Positions 9,366 through 21,298 of a stretch of 64,000 nucleotides of DNA are shown piece by piece. Position 1 is the first letter of the stretch. Each line of letters opens with the position of its first letter. A model generated the notes under the pieces. It did not search any database and was not told the origin of the DNA. It saw nothing but the letters and a program-made list of their open reading frames with translations. The DNA is taken from NCBI GenBank assembly GCA_963845065.1, contig CAWJQQ010000002.1, positions 256,001 to 320,000 on the forward strand. The letters run 5' to 3'. Origin of the DNA: Nitrospirota bacterium. GTDB taxonomy: Bacteria; Nitrospirota; UBA9217. The position numbers and the translations under genes are program-made.

Positions 9366-10388
9366 TTACGGTTCGCTTGGCTTTTCCGCCAACAGCCGCC
9401 TTGCTTCAACGACGATTTTATCGTCGACCTTCATCCCCAGAGATACTCCCATCTCTGCCAGTATTTCTTTAATCTCGTTCAGTGATTTTCTTCCAAAATT
9501 CTTGGTCTTGAGCATTTCGCTTTCTGTTTTCTGAACCATTTCCGCTATGGTCTCGATCCCAGCATTTTTGAGACAATTTGCTGCCCGTACGGAAAGCTCT
9601 AGTTCATTGACGCTGCGAAGAAGATTTTCATTGAATGACGGAGCTTTTTTTATTTCCTCCTCCATCGCAGGAACCTCTTCTTCTTCCTCGGGGAGGTGGA
9701 TAAAGAACGTTAGGTGATCTTTAAGAAGTTTAGCAGCGTGCGCTACGGCGTCATCTGGCCGGATACTGCCATCAGTCCATACTTCGAGCACAAGCTTATC
9801 ATAGTCAGTTTCCTGGCCGACGCGGGCATTTTCTACCTTAAAATTCACCTTCCGAATCGGTGAGAAAACTGAGTCTATCGGAACGACGCCAATGGACTGT
9901 CCCGGTTCCTTGTTCTTGTCGGAGGAAACATATCCCCTGCCGCGGCGCGCGCGCATTTCAAGTTCAAGCTTGCCATTTTTATCAATCGTTGCAAGATGGA
10001 TGTCAGGGTTCAGGATTTCCACTTCAGCATCCGCCTCGACGTCTTTTGCCGTCACTTCTCCCGGGCCCTTTGCCTTGAGAAGTAGCGTTTTGGATTTATC
10101 CGTATGCAGCTTGAGCCTGATTTCTTTAAGGTTCAGAATAAGGTCGGTTGTGTCTTCCACTACACCGGGAATACTTGAGAACTCATGCTGCACGCCGGCA
10201 ATTTTAATCGAGGTGACAGCAGACCCCTCAAGCGAGGACAGAAGAACCCGGCGCAATGAATTCCCCAAGGTGGTACCAAAACCGCGCTCTAAAGGTTCTG
10301 CGATAAACTTGCCGTATGTGTCCGTTATCTTTTTGGGATCATATTGTAACTTTTTTGGCATTTGGAAATCTTTTGCTTTTCTGAGCAT
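9366..10388 (-). CDS. rpoA: RNA polymerase alpha subunit
   Basis: [33 protein letters not shown]. Confidence 0.98.
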   Translation of the reverse strand: MLRKAKDFQMPKKLQYDPKKITDTYGKFIAEPLERGFGTTLGNSLRRVLLSSLEGSAVTSIKIAGVQHEFSSIPGVVEDTTDLILNLKEIRLKLHTDKSKTLLLKAKGPGEVTAKDVEADAEVEILNPDIHLATIDKNGKLELEMRARRGRGYVSSDKNKEPGQSIGVVPIDSVFSPIRKVNFKVENARVGQETDYDKLVLEVWTDGSIRPDDAVAHAAKLLKDHLTFFIHLPEEEEEVPAMEEEIKKAPSFNENLLRSVNELELSVRAANCLKNAGIETIAEMVQKTESEMLKTKNFGRKSLNEIKEILAEMGVSLGMKVDDKIVVEARRLLAEKPSEP

Positions 10389-10496
10389 GATTCCTCCGTA
10401 ACGGAGTAAAAAAACTATTAATTCCTATGATGGCTGACAACGCTCTCAATATGAGCGCCTACTCGACCACCGGTAATATTCTGACGCCGCCTGAGT

Positions 10497-11126
10497 TTAC
10501 TTCGAATAGAGCTCGACCACGAGTTGTTCTTTAACCGTCGGCAGCGAACTTTCATCGCGGGCCGGCAATGAGAGAACCTTACCCCTGAACTGAGTCTTAT
10601 CGATCTCTAGCCAGGAGGGGAAACCCCTCTTATCAACTGCGGCGAGCGTCTGTTGAATCTGAGCGATGCCCCTGCTCTTTTCACGAAGCTCCACTACATC
10701 GCCAGCCTTGACAAGAAAGGAAGGGATATTAACCTTTTTCCCGTTGACCAGCATATGGCCATGCCGTACGAGCTGCCGTGCCTCTTTCTTGGAACCGGCA
10801 AAACCCATTCGCTGGATAATATTATCAAGCCGTCTTTCCAGAAGCTGTAATAAATTATCGCCAGTCACTCCCTTCATCCGTTCGGCTTTCTCAAAATAGC
10901 CTCGGAATTGGCGTTCGAGCACACCATAGACCCGCCTGATCTTTTGCTTTTCCCGGAGCTGCAGGCTGTATTCCGACTGCTTTATTCTGCCTTGTCCGTG
11001 TTGTCCTGGCGGATAGCTTCTCCGTGTAACACCGCACTTATCTGTATAACAGCGCTCAGCCTTCAGAAAAAGCTTCATGCCCTCTCTTCTGCAGAGCTTG
11101 CAGACTGATCCAATATACCGTGCCAA
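10497..11126 (-). CDS. rpsD: 30S ribosomal protein S4
   Basis: [30 protein letters not shown] start. Confidence 0.98.
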   Translation of the reverse strand: MARYIGSVCKLCRREGMKLFLKAERCYTDKCGVTRRSYPPGQHGQGRIKQSEYSLQLREKQKIRRVYGVLERQFRGYFEKAERMKGVTGDNLLQLLERRLDNIIQRMGFAGSKKEARQLVRHGHMLVNGKKVNIPSFLVKAGDVVELREKSRGIAQIQQTLAAVDKRGFPSWLEIDKTQFRGKVLSLPARDESSLPTVKEQLVVELYSK

Positions 11127-11170
11127 GTGATTCTCCTCCTGTGTGAACCGTTTCTCTATGCTTACTTAAA

Positions 11171-11545
11171 CTACACCCGTCTCCGTTTCGGCGGCCTGCA
11201 CCCGTTGTGCGGGATCGGCGTTACGTCTTTTATCGCCACGATCTCGAGACCGGCGGCCTGAATTGCGCGGATCGCTGATTCCCGGCCAGTGCCTGGACCT
11301 TTCACATAAACTTCTACCTGCCTCATTCCGTGTTCCATTGCCTTTTTAGCAGCAGTCTCAGCAGCCAGCTGCGAGGCGAAGGGTGTACTCTTGCGCGATC
11401 CCTTGAAGCCCTTGTTGCCAGCGCTGGACCAGGTCAAGACATTGCCGGCCGTATCCGTGATGGTTACAATCGTGTTGTTAAAGGAGGCGTGGATATGGGC
11501 TATGCCATTTGCCACATTTTTTCTTTCTTTACCCTTTTTAGCCAT
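11171..11545 (-). CDS. rpsK: 30S ribosomal protein S11
   Basis: [24 protein letters not shown]. Confidence 0.98.
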   Translation of the reverse strand: MAKKGKERKNVANGIAHIHASFNNTIVTITDTAGNVLTWSSAGNKGFKGSRKSTPFASQLAAETAAKKAMEHGMRQVEVYVKGPGTGRESAIRAIQAAGLEIVAIKDVTPIPHNGCRPPKRRRV

Positions 11546-11610
11546 CTGCTCTCCATTGTGTAAAAATTACAGTCTGCTTAATTGATCAATTCAGGGATTC
11601 TTTCTGTCTT

Positions 11611-12003
11611 TTATTTCTTAGCCAGGCTTTTCTTTTTGCCCCTGCCCGCCATGGCTGACTTCTTCGGTCCTTTTCGTGTTCTCGCGTTTGTTTTTGTCCG
11701 CTGCCCCCGCGCTGGCAGCCCTTTTCGGTGCCGTAATCCGCGATAACTTCCGATATCCATCAAACGCTTGATGTGCATCGTTATCTCTCTGCGAAGATCG
11801 CCTTCCACCGTAAAATCGCGATCCAGAATCGCACGAATCTTAACGATATCGGACTCGGTTAGATTACTGCTCTTCATATTTGGGTCGATTCCGGCCTCAG
11901 TCAGGATCTTTTTTGCCGATGTAGGGCCAATCCCGTAAATATAGGTAAGCGCAATCACATTTTTTTTGTCTTTGGGGAGATCTACCCCAGCAATTCGTGC
12001 CAC
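11611..12003 (-). CDS. rpsM: 30S ribosomal protein S13
   Basis: [22 protein letters not shown]. Confidence 0.98.
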   Translation of the reverse strand: MARIAGVDLPKDKKNVIALTYIYGIGPTSAKKILTEAGIDPNMKSSNLTESDIVKIRAILDRDFTVEGDLRREITMHIKRLMDIGSYRGLRHRKGLPARGQRTKTNARTRKGPKKSAMAGRGKKKSLAKK

Positions 12004-12100
12004 GTTTCCTCCTCATGATACAGCGAATCCGATTCGAACAGTGAAATCCCTCCCAGCAAAAAAGCAGGAACTCCGAGTTACGAATACAAAAATCCCGGTG

Positions 12101-12214
12101 TTATCCTTGGCGCTGTTTATGGCGAGCGTTTTCGCAAATCACCCGCACGATACCCTTACGACGGATAATAGTGCACTTTGGGCAAATTTTTTTGACTGAT
12201 GAGCGTACTTTCAT
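12101..12214 (-). CDS. rpmJ: 50S ribosomal protein L36 (below ORF-track cutoff)
   Basis: Manual translation [37 protein letters not shown]. Confidence 0.97.
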   Translation of the reverse strand: MKVRSSVKKICPKCTIIRRKGIVRVICENARHKQRQG

Positions 12215-12276
12215 ATATCATTACTTCCATTTCATAAAGGTATTATTACATTTTGCGTTGAGCAATTCTCGAGGCC

Positions 12277-12495
12277 TTATTTGAACCGGTACGTGATCCT
12301 TCCTCTGGTCAAGTCATAGGGAGTAAGCTCGACCGTTACCTTATCTCCCGGGAGTATCTTGATGAAATGCATGCGCATCTTGCCGGAGATGTGCGCCAAG
12401 ATCTTATGGCCATTTTCCATCTCAACGCGAAACATCGCATTCGGAAGTGTCTCTAGTACCGTACCCTGTACCTCTATGGAATCTTCTTTTGCCAT
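12277..12495 (-). CDS. infA: Translation initiation factor IF-1
   Basis: [24 protein letters not shown]. Confidence 0.98.
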   Translation of the reverse strand: MAKEDSIEVQGTVLETLPNAMFRVEMENGHKILAHISGKMRMHFIKILPGDKVTVELTPYDLTRGRITYRFK

Positions 12496-12544
12496 ATTCC
12501 CGTATTCGTTTCTTCAAGGCTTTGCATCGATTATACAAATTCTT

Positions 12545-13294
12545 TTACTTTTTTGTCAAAATCCAAGGACCATCGGCCAACACAGCAACCGTATGTTCAA
12601 AATGCGCCGACAAACTACCGTCAACTGTGATTGCCGTCCATCCATCGTCGCTAACTGCTGTTGCACTTTCCCCAAGATTTACCATGGGCTCAATGGCAAT
12701 CACCATCCCGGCTTTTATCCTCGGCCCCTGACCCGATTCGCCAAAATTGGGGATCTGAGGATCTTCATGCATGTTGCGCCCGATTCCATGCCCGACATAT
12801 TCGCGAACGACAGAATATCCATGTGACTCTACATGACGTTGCACTGCATGTGAAATGTCGTACAGCCTGTTACCCGGCCTAGCCTGTTCTATCCCGCGGT
12901 ACAGCGATTCTTCTGTTATCGTTGTCAGGCGCTTCGCCTCCGGTGAGATCTTTTCCACTGGGAAGGTCATTGCTGCGTCGCCATAAAAACCTTCAACGAT
13001 TGCTCCTACATCGACACTAATTATATCACCCGGCCTCAGCACCACTGTTTTCGAAGGAATCCCGTGGATAACTTGGCTATTCAGGGACGTACACAACGTT
13101 TTGGGATATCCACGATATCCTTTGAAAGCAGGTTTAGCGCCTGCTGCTAAAATCATCCGTTCGGCGAACTCGTCGAGGGATTGTGTGCTCACGCCAGGCC
13201 GTATTTCATCGCGTATACGGTGTAGAACGTCAGCGACAACCAGGCAGGCTTTCCGAATTTTTTCAATCTCCTGAAGGGATTTGAGAATGATCAT
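12545..13294 (-). CDS. map: Type I methionine aminopeptidase
   Basis: HGIP, GHGIG, IEPM, AHFEHT. Confidence 0.97.
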   Translation of the reverse strand: MIILKSLQEIEKIRKACLVVADVLHRIRDEIRPGVSTQSLDEFAERMILAAGAKPAFKGYRGYPKTLCTSLNSQVIHGIPSKTVVLRPGDIISVDVGAIVEGFYGDAAMTFPVEKISPEAKRLTTITEESLYRGIEQARPGNRLYDISHAVQRHVESHGYSVVREYVGHGIGRNMHEDPQIPNFGESGQGPRIKAGMVIAIEPMVNLGESATAVSDDGWTAITVDGSLSAHFEHTVAVLADGPWILTKK

Positions 13295-13308
13295 GCTGCA
13301 CCCGAGCC

Positions 13309-14607
13309 TTAACGCCTCCCTTTCATTGTAAAGCCCTTCAGGAAACCTCCGTAGTGTCTCTGAATTAAATGTGACTCTATCTGGGATACGGTATCTAGTG
13401 CAACACCGATCACGATCAAAAGCGATGTCCCGCCAAAATAAAAGGGAACATTAAAAAACTTATAAAAAATGTCCGGCAGTACACAAACCGCAGAGAGGTA
13501 CAACGCTCCACCCAGAGTGATCCTGTTCAATACTCGAAACAGGTAATCAGAGGTTTTCTTTCCTGGCCTTATACCCGGAATAAAACCACCATACTTTTTC
13601 AAATTATCTGCAATATCCACGGGGTTAAATACTATTGCTGTATAAAAATAAGCAAAGCCAACGATCATGATAACGTAAACAAACGTATAAAGGACTCTAC
13701 CTGGCGCAAGTTGCAGAGCAAACCAATGAAGCCATCCTACCTGAACAAACCCCGCAATCGTAGCTGGAAACAGTAGTATTGACGACGCGAATATCGGGGG
13801 AATCACACCCGCAGAATTAATTTTGAGGGGCAGATGCGTACTCTGACCCTTGTATATCTTTCTTCCTACCATCCGTTGGGCATATTGTATCGCTATTTTG
13901 CGCTGTCCACGTTCCATAACGATGATGGCGGCAACCACCGCAATAATCAAGGCCAGGATGATAAATACCATGAAATATGCGATTTCACCGGACCTCATGA
14001 GCCCAAACGTATTGTTGACAGCACGTGGAAATCCTGACACGATGCCCGCAAAAATAATCAAGGAAATGCCATTGCCAATGCCGCGTTCGGTGATCTGCTC
14101 GCCGAGCCACATGATGAACGTCGTGCCCGCCGTGAGCGTTATCATCGTCATAATGCGGAAGGACCATCCTGTTGAATCGACAAATGCTCCACCGCCCATT
14201 TTTTCTATGCCCACAGCCATCCAGAACGATTGGAATCCGGCAATCACGACTGTTCCGTATCGCGTATATTCCGTTATCTTCTTCCTGCCGGCCTCACCTT
14301 CCTTGGCCAGGGCTTGCAGCCGCGGAAGCACAACGGTCAGGAGCTGCAACACGATCGAGGCGGTAATATACGGCATGATTCCAAGGGCAAAAATCGTAAC
14401 CCGGGAGAGCGCCCCGCCTGAAAACATATCGAAAAATCCCATCAGTCCTGCAGCAGACTGATGCAGAAACTGACTAAGAGCTTCGCCCTTAACACCGGGA
14501 GTTGGAATATGCGCGCCGATGCGGTAAACCGCCAGCAGCAACAAAGTAAAAATAATGCGCTTCCGGAGTTCGGGAATGCTAAATACGTTTTTTAATCCGG
14601 TGAACAC
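13309..14607 (-). CDS. secY: Preprotein translocase SecY
   Basis: FALGIMPYITASI, GIGNGISL, IPGIRPG. Confidence 0.98.
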   Translation of the reverse strand: MFTGLKNVFSIPELRKRIIFTLLLLAVYRIGAHIPTPGVKGEALSQFLHQSAAGLMGFFDMFSGGALSRVTIFALGIMPYITASIVLQLLTVVLPRLQALAKEGEAGRKKITEYTRYGTVVIAGFQSFWMAVGIEKMGGGAFVDSTGWSFRIMTMITLTAGTTFIMWLGEQITERGIGNGISLIIFAGIVSGFPRAVNNTFGLMRSGEIAYFMVFIILALIIAVVAAIIVMERGQRKIAIQYAQRMVGRKIYKGQSTHLPLKINSAGVIPPIFASSILLFPATIAGFVQVGWLHWFALQLAPGRVLYTFVYVIMIVGFAYFYTAIVFNPVDIADNLKKYGGFIPGIRPGKKTSDYLFRVLNRITLGGALYLSAVCVLPDIFYKFFNVPFYFGGTSLLIVIGVALDTVSQIESHLIQRHYGGFLKGFTMKGRR

Positions 14608-14610
14608 AGG

Positions 14611-15051
14611 TTAGATTACCTCGGCCTTACCGCCGGCGGCCTGGATTTTTTCTAGAGCGCTCTTGCTGAATTTATGAGCCCGCACCGTAAGCTTAGCCTT
14701 AAGTTCACCCATCCCGAGCACCTTCACGCCGTTTTTCAAATTCTTAATCAGGCCTTTTTGCATGAGAGCTTCCGGCGTCACCGTATCAGACCCAGACATT
14801 TTTTCGAGATCTGCGAGGTTAACGACCGAATATTCCTTACGGAAGATATTGGTAAAACCTCTCTTGGGGAGCCTGCGTTGAAGGGGCATCTGGCCGCCTT
14901 CAAACCCTGCTCCCTTCACTCCGCCGGAGCGGGCTTTTTGGCCTTTATGTCCTTTTCCCGCTGTCTTACCGTTACCGGACCCCGGACCACGCCCAACCCT
15001 ATTTGATTTTTTCTTTGACCCGATATTTGGTTTCAGTTCTTCTAATCTCAT
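14611..15051 (-). CDS. rplO: 50S ribosomal protein L15
   Basis: [19 protein letters not shown]. Confidence 0.98.
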   Translation of the reverse strand: MRLEELKPNIGSKKKSNRVGRGPGSGNGKTAGKGHKGQKARSGGVKGAGFEGGQMPLQRRLPKRGFTNIFRKEYSVVNLADLEKMSGSDTVTPEALMQKGLIKNLKNGVKVLGMGELKAKLTVRAHKFSKSALEKIQAAGGKAEVI

Positions 15052-15102
15052 AGTATACTCGCGACCGCCACTGGCTGTAATTTAAGTTTACGAATGCTTC
15101 CG

Positions 15103-15297
15103 CTACGCCTCTTCCACTTTGATGAGGTGAGAAACCTTGTTGATCATACCCCGTATCTGCGGTGAATCATCGCGTATCACTGAATGATTCAATTTCCGGA
15201 GACCAAGTCCGATAAGCACTACCTTATGTTTTCCCGGACGTGCAATGCCACTTTTGACTAGGGTTATTTTTATTTTTTTTGCACCTGCGTTTGCCAT
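15103..15297 (-). CDS. rpmD: 50S ribosomal protein L30
   Basis: [22 protein letters not shown]; synteny. Confidence 0.95.
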   Translation of the reverse strand: MANAGAKKIKITLVKSGIARPGKHKVVLIGLGLRKLNHSVIRDDSPQIRGMINKVSHLIKVEEA

Positions 15298-15299
15298 GC

Positions 15300-15809
15300 T
15301 TATCCAAGCTCCTCTACCGTTTTTCCCCGCAACGCTGCCACCTGGGCGGCGCTCCTCAATCTTACCAGGCCATTGATCGTCGCACTGACGACGTTGTGCG
15401 GGTTGCTAGAGCCGAGGGATTTACAAAGCACGTTCCGTACGCCCACAACCTCGAGCACGGATCTGCTTGCTCCACCTGCGATCAACCCCGTACCTTCTGA
15501 AGCCGGCTTAAGCAACACTTTTCCCGCTCCATAATGGCCAAGGATTGCATGGGGGATCGTATCGCCCTTGAGCGAAACCTGTACCATATTCTTTTTAGCG
15601 CGTTCAACTGCCTTTTTTATCGCAACCGGGGCCTCGGCTGCTTTACCTTTGCCAACGCCGATTTTCCCTTTTCCATCGCCTACGACCACGAGAGCGCTGA
15701 AGTTAAACCGCTTGCCACCCTTAACGACCTTGGCCACACGGTTCAAGTACACCAGTTTATCTTTTAGGCCGTCGCCTTCTCCTGCATCCTTCTGATATCG
15801 CTCTGCCAA
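15300..15809 (-). CDS. rpsE: 30S ribosomal protein S5
   Basis: [17 protein letters not shown]. Confidence 0.98.
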   Translation of the reverse strand: MAERYQKDAGEGDGLKDKLVYLNRVAKVVKGGKRFNFSALVVVGDGKGKIGVGKGKAAEAPVAIKKAVERAKKNMVQVSLKGDTIPHAILGHYGAGKVLLKPASEGTGLIAGGASRSVLEVVGVRNVLCKSLGSSNPHNVVSATINGLVRLRSAAQVAALRGKTVEELG

Positions 15810-15835
15810 TGCCGCCTCCGAAATTAACCCGCAAC

Positions 15836-16198
15836 CTAAAAGTTAAGTCCCTTTTCACGTGCTGCTTCTGCCAGTGCCTTGATACAGCCGTGATATTGAT
15901 TTCCGCCTCGATCGAACACGACGGATTTGATATTCTTGCCCAGCGCTCGCTCTGCCAAGTTAGTCCCGACCTTCTTTGCCGCGACTACGTTGCCGCAATG
16001 TTTCAGGTTTTCACTGATTTTTTTTTCTGTAGATGCAGCTGCGATCATCGTCTTGCCTGTCGTGTCATCAATAAGTTGGGCGTAAATATGGCTCAAACTC
16101 TTGTATACACTCAGCCGCGGTTTAGCCGCGGTCCCAACTACTTTTTTTCTGATTCTCTCGCGTCTTCTTTGTCTCGATACTAGTTTGCTCTGTGCCAC
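15836..16198 (-). CDS. rplR: 50S ribosomal protein L18
   Basis: PRLSV, VVFDRGG, AREKGL. Confidence 0.97.
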   Translation of the reverse strand: MAQSKLVSRQRRRERIRKKVVGTAAKPRLSVYKSLSHIYAQLIDDTTGKTMIAAASTEKKISENLKHCGNVVAAKKVGTNLAERALGKNIKSVVFDRGGNQYHGCIKALAEAAREKGLNF

Positions 16199-16271
16199 AG
16201 TTATTCTCCATCATGCTGATGGCGACCGGACGTACCAACTTGAGGCCGCAATCTGCTATTCAGTAATATTC

Positions 16272-16820
16272 TTACTTGCCAGTCTTTCCAGCCTTGCCTT
16301 CTTTGCGATGAACGACTTCACTGCTATATTTGATGCCCTTCCCCTTGTACGGCTCTGGCTTTTTCAGGCTTCTCAGATTTGCGGCAATCTGTCCGACAAG
16401 CTGTTTATCGACACCCTTCAGGGTAATTTGGGTCTGCTTGGCATCCACTGTCGCCTTGATTCCTTTAGGTAGCGGATAGACAATCGGATGAGAAAAACCC
16501 AGACTCAGCATCAGGTTTGATCCCTGAGCGAAGGCTTTAAAGCCGACACCCGTAATATCAAGGGTCTTTTCATATCCCTTGCTGACGCCAATCACCATAT
16601 TGGCGATCAAATTCCTTGTCAATCCATGCAGTTCCCTGTAAATCTTCTGGTTCGCGGGCCGTTCCACCAGCAATTTGTTGCTTTCCTTCTTCACAGTCAA
16701 CTTCGGATTCACAACCTGGCTGATCTCACCTAGCGGGCCCTTGACAATGATTCTGCCGGTTTCCAGTTTGGTCTCGACGCCTGAAGGAATCTCTATCGGT
16801 TTTTTACCAACCCTTGACAT
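16272..16820 (-). CDS. rplF: 50S ribosomal protein L6 (start moved to MSRVGK)
   Basis: MSRVGKKPI, PEPYKGKGI. Confidence 0.97.
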   Translation of the reverse strand: MSRVGKKPIEIPSGVETKLETGRIIVKGPLGEISQVVNPKLTVKKESNKLLVERPANQKIYRELHGLTRNLIANMVIGVSKGYEKTLDITGVGFKAFAQGSNLMLSLGFSHPIVYPLPKGIKATVDAKQTQITLKGVDKQLVGQIAANLRSLKKPEPYKGKGIKYSSEVVHRKEGKAGKTGK

Positions 16821-16861
16821 AACAGCTCCTACACTCTTAAAAAACGGATTTGCTGCTTTCG

Positions 16862-17257
16862 TTACCACACATGACAGAGAACTTCTCCGCCAACATTGTC
16901 TTTTTTCGCTTGTTTGCCCGTCAGGACCCCCTTGGGCGTAGACAGAATTGCGGTACCCAGACCAGCCATAACACTCGGAATGGCATCATTTCCTGCATAG
17001 ACACGCCGACCTGGCGAGCTCACCCGTTTAATGCCTTGGATAACGGGCAGCTCTTCCTCGGTATATTTTAGATATACCCGGATCAAACCCTGCCGGCGGT
17101 CCTTCACCAACTTAACGTTCTTTACATATCCCTCATCTTTGAGGATCTTCGCAATTTCGATCTTCAATTTAGACGACGGAATGTCGACTTTCTCATGTTT
17201 TGCCTTACTGGCGTTTCGAATACGCGTCAGCATATCCGCAATTGGATCAGTCATCAT
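16862..17257 (-). CDS. rpsH: 30S ribosomal protein S8
   Basis: DPIADMLTRIRN, GGEVLC. Confidence 0.98.
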   Translation of the reverse strand: MMTDPIADMLTRIRNASKAKHEKVDIPSSKLKIEIAKILKDEGYVKNVKLVKDRRQGLIRVYLKYTEEELPVIQGIKRVSSPGRRVYAGNDAIPSVMAGLGTAILSTPKGVLTGKQAKKDNVGGEVLCHVW

Positions 17258-17278
17258 TGAGTCAAACCCCTTTTTTCG

Positions 17279-17464
17279 TTACCAGCTAGCCTTAATCACG
17301 CCAGGAACCTCTCCCCGGAGTGCTCTGTTCCTGAAACAGATCCTGCACATGTCAAACTTCCGCAGGTACCCCCGCGACCGTCCGCAAAGCGGACAACGAT
17401 GATAATCGCGCACCTTGAACTTGGATGGCCTTGACGCCTTTGCTATCAACGACTTCTTTGCCAT
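17279..17464 (-). CDS. rpsN: 30S ribosomal protein S14, type Z
   Basis: 61 aa, CPLCGR...CRICFR. Confidence 0.97.
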   Translation of the reverse strand: MAKKSLIAKASRPSKFKVRDYHRCPLCGRSRGYLRKFDMCRICFRNRALRGEVPGVIKASW

Positions 17465-17493
17465 TGTTCCTCCATTACATCCGATGAGCCGGA

Positions 17494-18201
17494 CTACTTC
17501 CTGTACGGCATCCCCATATTGCCGAGCAGTGCCCTGCCTTCTTCATCGGTCTTTGCTGTTGTAACGATCACTATATCGAGTCCGTGGATCGAGTCTACCT
17601 TGTCAATTTCGATCTCCGGGAATATAACCTGTTCTTTGATCCCCAACGAGTAGTTTCCCCTGCCGTCAAAAGATTTGGATGATACACCCTTAAAATCCCT
17701 GATGCGCGGGAGCGCAGCGCTTATGAACCGGTCGAGAAACTCGTACATACGTTCCCGCCTGAGTGTCACCATGCACCCAATTGCCATTCCCTCGCGAAGT
17801 TTGAAGGTTGCAATTGATTTCTTGGCGCGAGTAATAACCGGCCGCTGGCCGGAGATTTTTGCTAGTTCCTCTGCAGCAAATTCCAATGCCTTGGCATTGG
17901 CGATTGCCTCACCCATACCAACATTCAGGACGACCTTGACCAACTTCGGGGTCTGCATTGGGTTCTTATATTGAAATTGCTTCATCATCGCTGGCACGAC
18001 GACATCATGGTACCGCTGTTTCATCCGAGGAACAGGGATACGTTCGGGAGCTTTTGTCTGTTTCGCTTCCGGGGATGTAGCGTCCACCTTCACCTTACCC
18101 GACGCAGCTTTTGCTTTCCCAGCTACCTTGGGGGCTTTAGCAGCAACTTTCTTCTGGTCACCGCTTTTTGTCTCTTTGCTCTTGTCTTTTTTATCAGCCA
18201 T
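17494..18201 (-). CDS. rplE: 50S ribosomal protein L5 with N-terminal extension
   Basis: LPRIRDF, FDGRGNY, IFPEI; about 55 aa K/A-rich leader. Confidence 0.96.
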   Translation of the reverse strand: MADKKDKSKETKSGDQKKVAAKAPKVAGKAKAASGKVKVDATSPEAKQTKAPERIPVPRMKQRYHDVVVPAMMKQFQYKNPMQTPKLVKVVLNVGMGEAIANAKALEFAAEELAKISGQRPVITRAKKSIATFKLREGMAIGCMVTLRRERMYEFLDRFISAALPRIRDFKGVSSKSFDGRGNYSLGIKEQVIFPEIEIDKVDSIHGLDIVIVTTAKTDEEGRALLGNMGMPYRK

Positions 18202-18259
18202 AGTTCGTCTTCCTGTGTTAGCCGGTTCTCTATAAATCTGTCAATGAAGTCTGTGAAAC

Positions 18260-18571
18260 CTAGTCAATGGTCTCATTACATGTTTTGCACACTCGAATGC
18301 GCGACCCTTCTCCCTGGGCTACCCTCTTAGTGGTTGTAGGTTTGCTGCACCTTGAACAGATTAGTTTCACATTCGATGCGGAAATAGGGCTTTCTTTTTC
18401 CACTATGCCGCCCTGCCTGAGCTGCTGGTTAGGTCGCGTGTGCCGCTTGATCATATTCAGCTTCTCGATGAGGAGCCTGTTTACTGAGGGGTATACCGCA
18501 ATTACCCTGCCTCGCTTCCCTTTCTCCTTGCCGGAGGTGACCATCACAGTATCATTCTTCTTTATTAGCAT
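18260..18571 (-). CDS. rplX: 50S ribosomal protein L24
   Basis: KOW motif GKEKGKRG, GGIVEKE. Confidence 0.97.
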   Translation of the reverse strand: MLIKKNDTVMVTSGKEKGKRGRVIAVYPSVNRLLIEKLNMIKRHTRPNQQLRQGGIVEKESPISASNVKLICSRCSKPTTTKRVAQGEGSRIRVCKTCNETID

Positions 18572-18617
18572 AGTTCCTGTCCTGCTTTTCTTCAGCGATT
18601 TTAATTTCTAACCGTTC

Positions 18618-18986
18618 CTACAGCACTTCTGGTGCTAAAGAAATAATTTTCATAAAATTTTTCTTGCGGAGTTCCCTCGCAACGGGGCCGAAGATACGCG
18701 TCCCGATCGGTTCATTGGCATTGTTGATCAATACCGCGGCATTCCGGTCGAATTTTATGTACGACCCGTCTTGACGGCGAACCTCTTTTGTCGTACGCAC
18801 AACAACTGCCTTCGCTACTGTCCCCTTTTTCACCTGGCCTTCGGGTATGGCCATCTTGATGGCCACCACGATTACGTCGCCAAGCGAGGCATACCGCTTG
18901 CGAGTTCCACCCAGTACTTTTATACACATAACTTTTTTTGCGCCGGAGTTATCGGCCACGTCCAATACAGTCTGTTGCTGAATCAT
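18618..18986 (-). CDS. rplN: 50S ribosomal protein L14
   Basis: [16 protein letters not shown]. Confidence 0.98.
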   Translation of the reverse strand: MIQQQTVLDVADNSGAKKVMCIKVLGGTRKRYASLGDVIVVAIKMAIPEGQVKKGTVAKAVVVRTTKEVRRQDGSYIKFDRNAAVLINNANEPIGTRIFGPVARELRKKNFMKIISLAPEVL

Positions 18987-19020
18987 ATTTCAATCCTCTG
19001 CGAAGAGTTCTCGTTCCGAA

Positions 19021-19278
19021 TTAATTTGCTTTCTCGATAATTTCAAGCACCTTCCAGCGCTTTTCCTTGGACAGCGGCCGCGTCTCGATGAAGCGCACCG
19101 TGTCGCCAATCTTGCACTCGTTCTTCTCGTCATGGGCCTTGAACTTAGTCGTGCGTTTGATAGTCTTCCCGTACCGAGAATGAGCGATACGTCTCGTCAC
19201 CGCCAACACAACGGTCTTGTCCATCTTATCACTTATGACCTGCCCGATGTACGCTTTTCTTTTTTTAGCCTCGTCCAT
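19021..19278 (-). CDS. rpsQ: 30S ribosomal protein S17
   Basis: SDKMDKT, ETRPLSK. Confidence 0.97.
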   Translation of the reverse strand: MDEAKKRKAYIGQVISDKMDKTVVLAVTRRIAHSRYGKTIKRTTKFKAHDEKNECKIGDTVRFIETRPLSKEKRWKVLEIIEKAN

Positions 19279-19459
19279 GTTTTTCCTTTAACGCTGTCTT
19301 TGCTTTTGCGATATCCCGGCGCAGTATTCTCAGGCGCATCGGATTTTCAATCTGCCCCATGGCCTGCTGAACACGGAGGTTGAACAGCTCCTTTTTGATA
19401 TCAGCGGCCTTTGCCTGCAGTTCTTCGTTCGACAGGTCCCTCAAGTCTCTTATTTTCAT
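19265..19459 (-). CDS. rpmC: 50S ribosomal protein L29
   Basis: ELFNLR.Q, RRDIA. Confidence 0.96.
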   Translation of the reverse strand: MKIRDLRDLSNEELQAKAADIKKELFNLRVQQAMGQIENPMRLRILRRDIAKAKTALKEKHGRG

Positions 19460-19872
19460 ATGTCAGCCTCCCGGGAAACGAACTTCGTTGCTACTGGCAG
19501 CTTATACGCTGCCAACCGAAACGCCTCTCTGGCTACGGATTCGTCAACGCCGCCCATCTCGTAAAGTACCCGCCCTGGCTTTACTACAGCCACCCAGTAC
19601 TCTGGCGCACCTTTTCCCTTTCCCATGCGGGTTTCAGCAGGTTTTTTCGTGATCGGCTTATCCGGGAAAATGCGTATCCAGATTTTCCCGCCTCGTTTGA
19701 CGTAACGGGTCATGGCAATACGAGCTGCCTCTATCTGCCTGCTTGTGATCCAACCCGGTTCGAGAACTTTTAGTCCGTACTCACCATGGCTGACTTCCGC
19801 GCCTCGGTAGGCAATGCCCGTCATCCTGCCTTTGTGCATTTTCCTGTGTTTTACCCGTTTGGGTGCTAACAT
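19456..19872 (-). CDS. rplP: 50S ribosomal protein L16
   Basis: RMGKGKG, KLPV. Confidence 0.98.
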   Translation of the reverse strand: MLAPKRVKHRKMHKGRMTGIAYRGAEVSHGEYGLKVLEPGWITSRQIEAARIAMTRYVKRGGKIWIRIFPDKPITKKPAETRMGKGKGAPEYWVAVVKPGRVLYEMGGVDESVAREAFRLAAYKLPVATKFVSREADI

Positions 19873-19921
19873 AATGACAATCCTTTAGTCCCGCGTTTCA
19901 CGCTCGAATTAATATATTAAA

Positions 19922-20566
19922 TTACGCAGCGGTTGTCGGCTGCTGGAGTACATCGCCCCGGTAAATCCAAACCTTGACGCCAATCTGGCCCATAGTGGTC
20001 TTTGCCTCAAAGAATCCATACTGGATATCGGCACGAAGCGTGTGGAGAGGCACGCGGCCCTCGCGGTACCACTCGGTCCTCGCTATTTCCGCACCAGCAA
20101 GTCTACCGGCACAGTTAATTTTAATACCCTGTGCGCCAAGGCGAAGGGCCGACGTAACTGCCTTTTTCATGGCTCTGCGGAAGGCGATGCGGCGTTCGAG
20201 TTGGAGTGCGATATTTTCCGCAACGAGCTGAGCGTCCAGCTCCGGGCGCCGGATCTCCTGAATATTGATATACATTTGCTTGCCAGTCATGGCTTCAAGG
20301 TCTTTTTTGAGCTTGTCAACCTCGGCGCCCTTCTTGCCGATGATGATTCCTGGACGTGCCGTGTGAATGTTGATCTTTGCTTTCTGACCGGCACGCTCGA
20401 TCTCCACCTTGGCTACGCCGGCATGCATGAGCCGTTCTTTCACAATCTTGCGAATCTTGATGTCCTCATGGAGAAGCGCAGCATAGTTTTTCTGCGAAAA
20501 CCATCGCGAATCCCATGTTTTAATGATACCGAGCCGCAACCCAATCGGATGAACCTTTTGTCCCAT
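19922..20566 (-). CDS. rpsC: 30S ribosomal protein S3
   Basis: [17 protein letters not shown]. Confidence 0.98.
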   Translation of the reverse strand: MGQKVHPIGLRLGIIKTWDSRWFSQKNYAALLHEDIKIRKIVKERLMHAGVAKVEIERAGQKAKINIHTARPGIIIGKKGAEVDKLKKDLEAMTGKQMYINIQEIRRPELDAQLVAENIALQLERRIAFRRAMKKAVTSALRLGAQGIKINCAGRLAGAEIARTEWYREGRVPLHTLRADIQYGFFEAKTTMGQIGVKVWIYRGDVLQQPTTAA

Positions 20567-20582
20567 GACGCCTCCGTAAAAC

Positions 20583-20912
20583 CTATGCTGACAAGACCAG
20601 TGTTATATGGCTTGTTCTCTTTCTAATAACATTACCCCTGCCCATTGCTCGAGCACGCATCCGCTTCATCGTAACGCCCTGATTTACAAATGCCTTGGTT
20701 ACCTTCAGGGTATCTACGTCGCCTACTTTTTTCTGTTCAGCGTTGGCCACTGCTGAGTCAAGGAGCTTCTTGACGATCCGAGCGGCGTGGAGCGGAGTGA
20801 ACGTAAGAATATTGATGGCGTCTCCCACCATCTTGCCTCGAATGAGATCTATGACCTGTCTCGCCTTGCGCGGCGTAATACGTATATGTCTGACTGTTGC
20901 GCTTGCTTCCAT
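20583..20912 (-). CDS. rplV: 50S ribosomal protein L22
   Basis: PRKAR, SAVANA, RTSHIT. Confidence 0.98.
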   Translation of the reverse strand: MEASATVRHIRITPRKARQVIDLIRGKMVGDAINILTFTPLHAARIVKKLLDSAVANAEQKKVGDVDTLKVTKAFVNQGVTMKRMRARAMGRGNVIRKRTSHITLVLSA

Positions 20913-20951
20913 CTGACTTTCCTCACTCTCAAGAACGATGCACTCTGCGTC

Positions 20952-21245
20952 CTACTTCGTCGGCGCACTCACCTTTTCCGCGGCTTTAGATCCGCCGTGT
21001 GCCTTGAACGTCCGGGTCGGAGAAAATTCCCCCAGTTTGTGGCCGACCATGTTCTCGGTAATATACACGGGGATAAACTTCCTGCCGTTATGCACCGCCA
21101 TAGTGTGGCCGACAAAATCCGGCGTGATCGTCGATCTCCGGGACCAAGTCTTGAGGATTTTCTTTTCCCCGGCTGTGTTCATCGTCTCAACTTTTTTCAT
21201 GAGACTTGCATCGATAAAAGGGCCCTTCTTAACTGATCTCGGCAC
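20952..21245 (-). CDS. rpsS: 30S ribosomal protein S19
   Basis: KTWSRRS, GHKLGEF. Confidence 0.98.
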   Translation of the reverse strand: MPRSVKKGPFIDASLMKKVETMNTAGEKKILKTWSRRSTITPDFVGHTMAVHNGRKFIPVYITENMVGHKLGEFSPTRTFKAHGGSKAAEKVSAPTK

Positions 21246-21298
21246 CGTATCCTCCGTTTAAACAGCTCGAACGTTTCAACCGTTCAAACCGCCATGGT

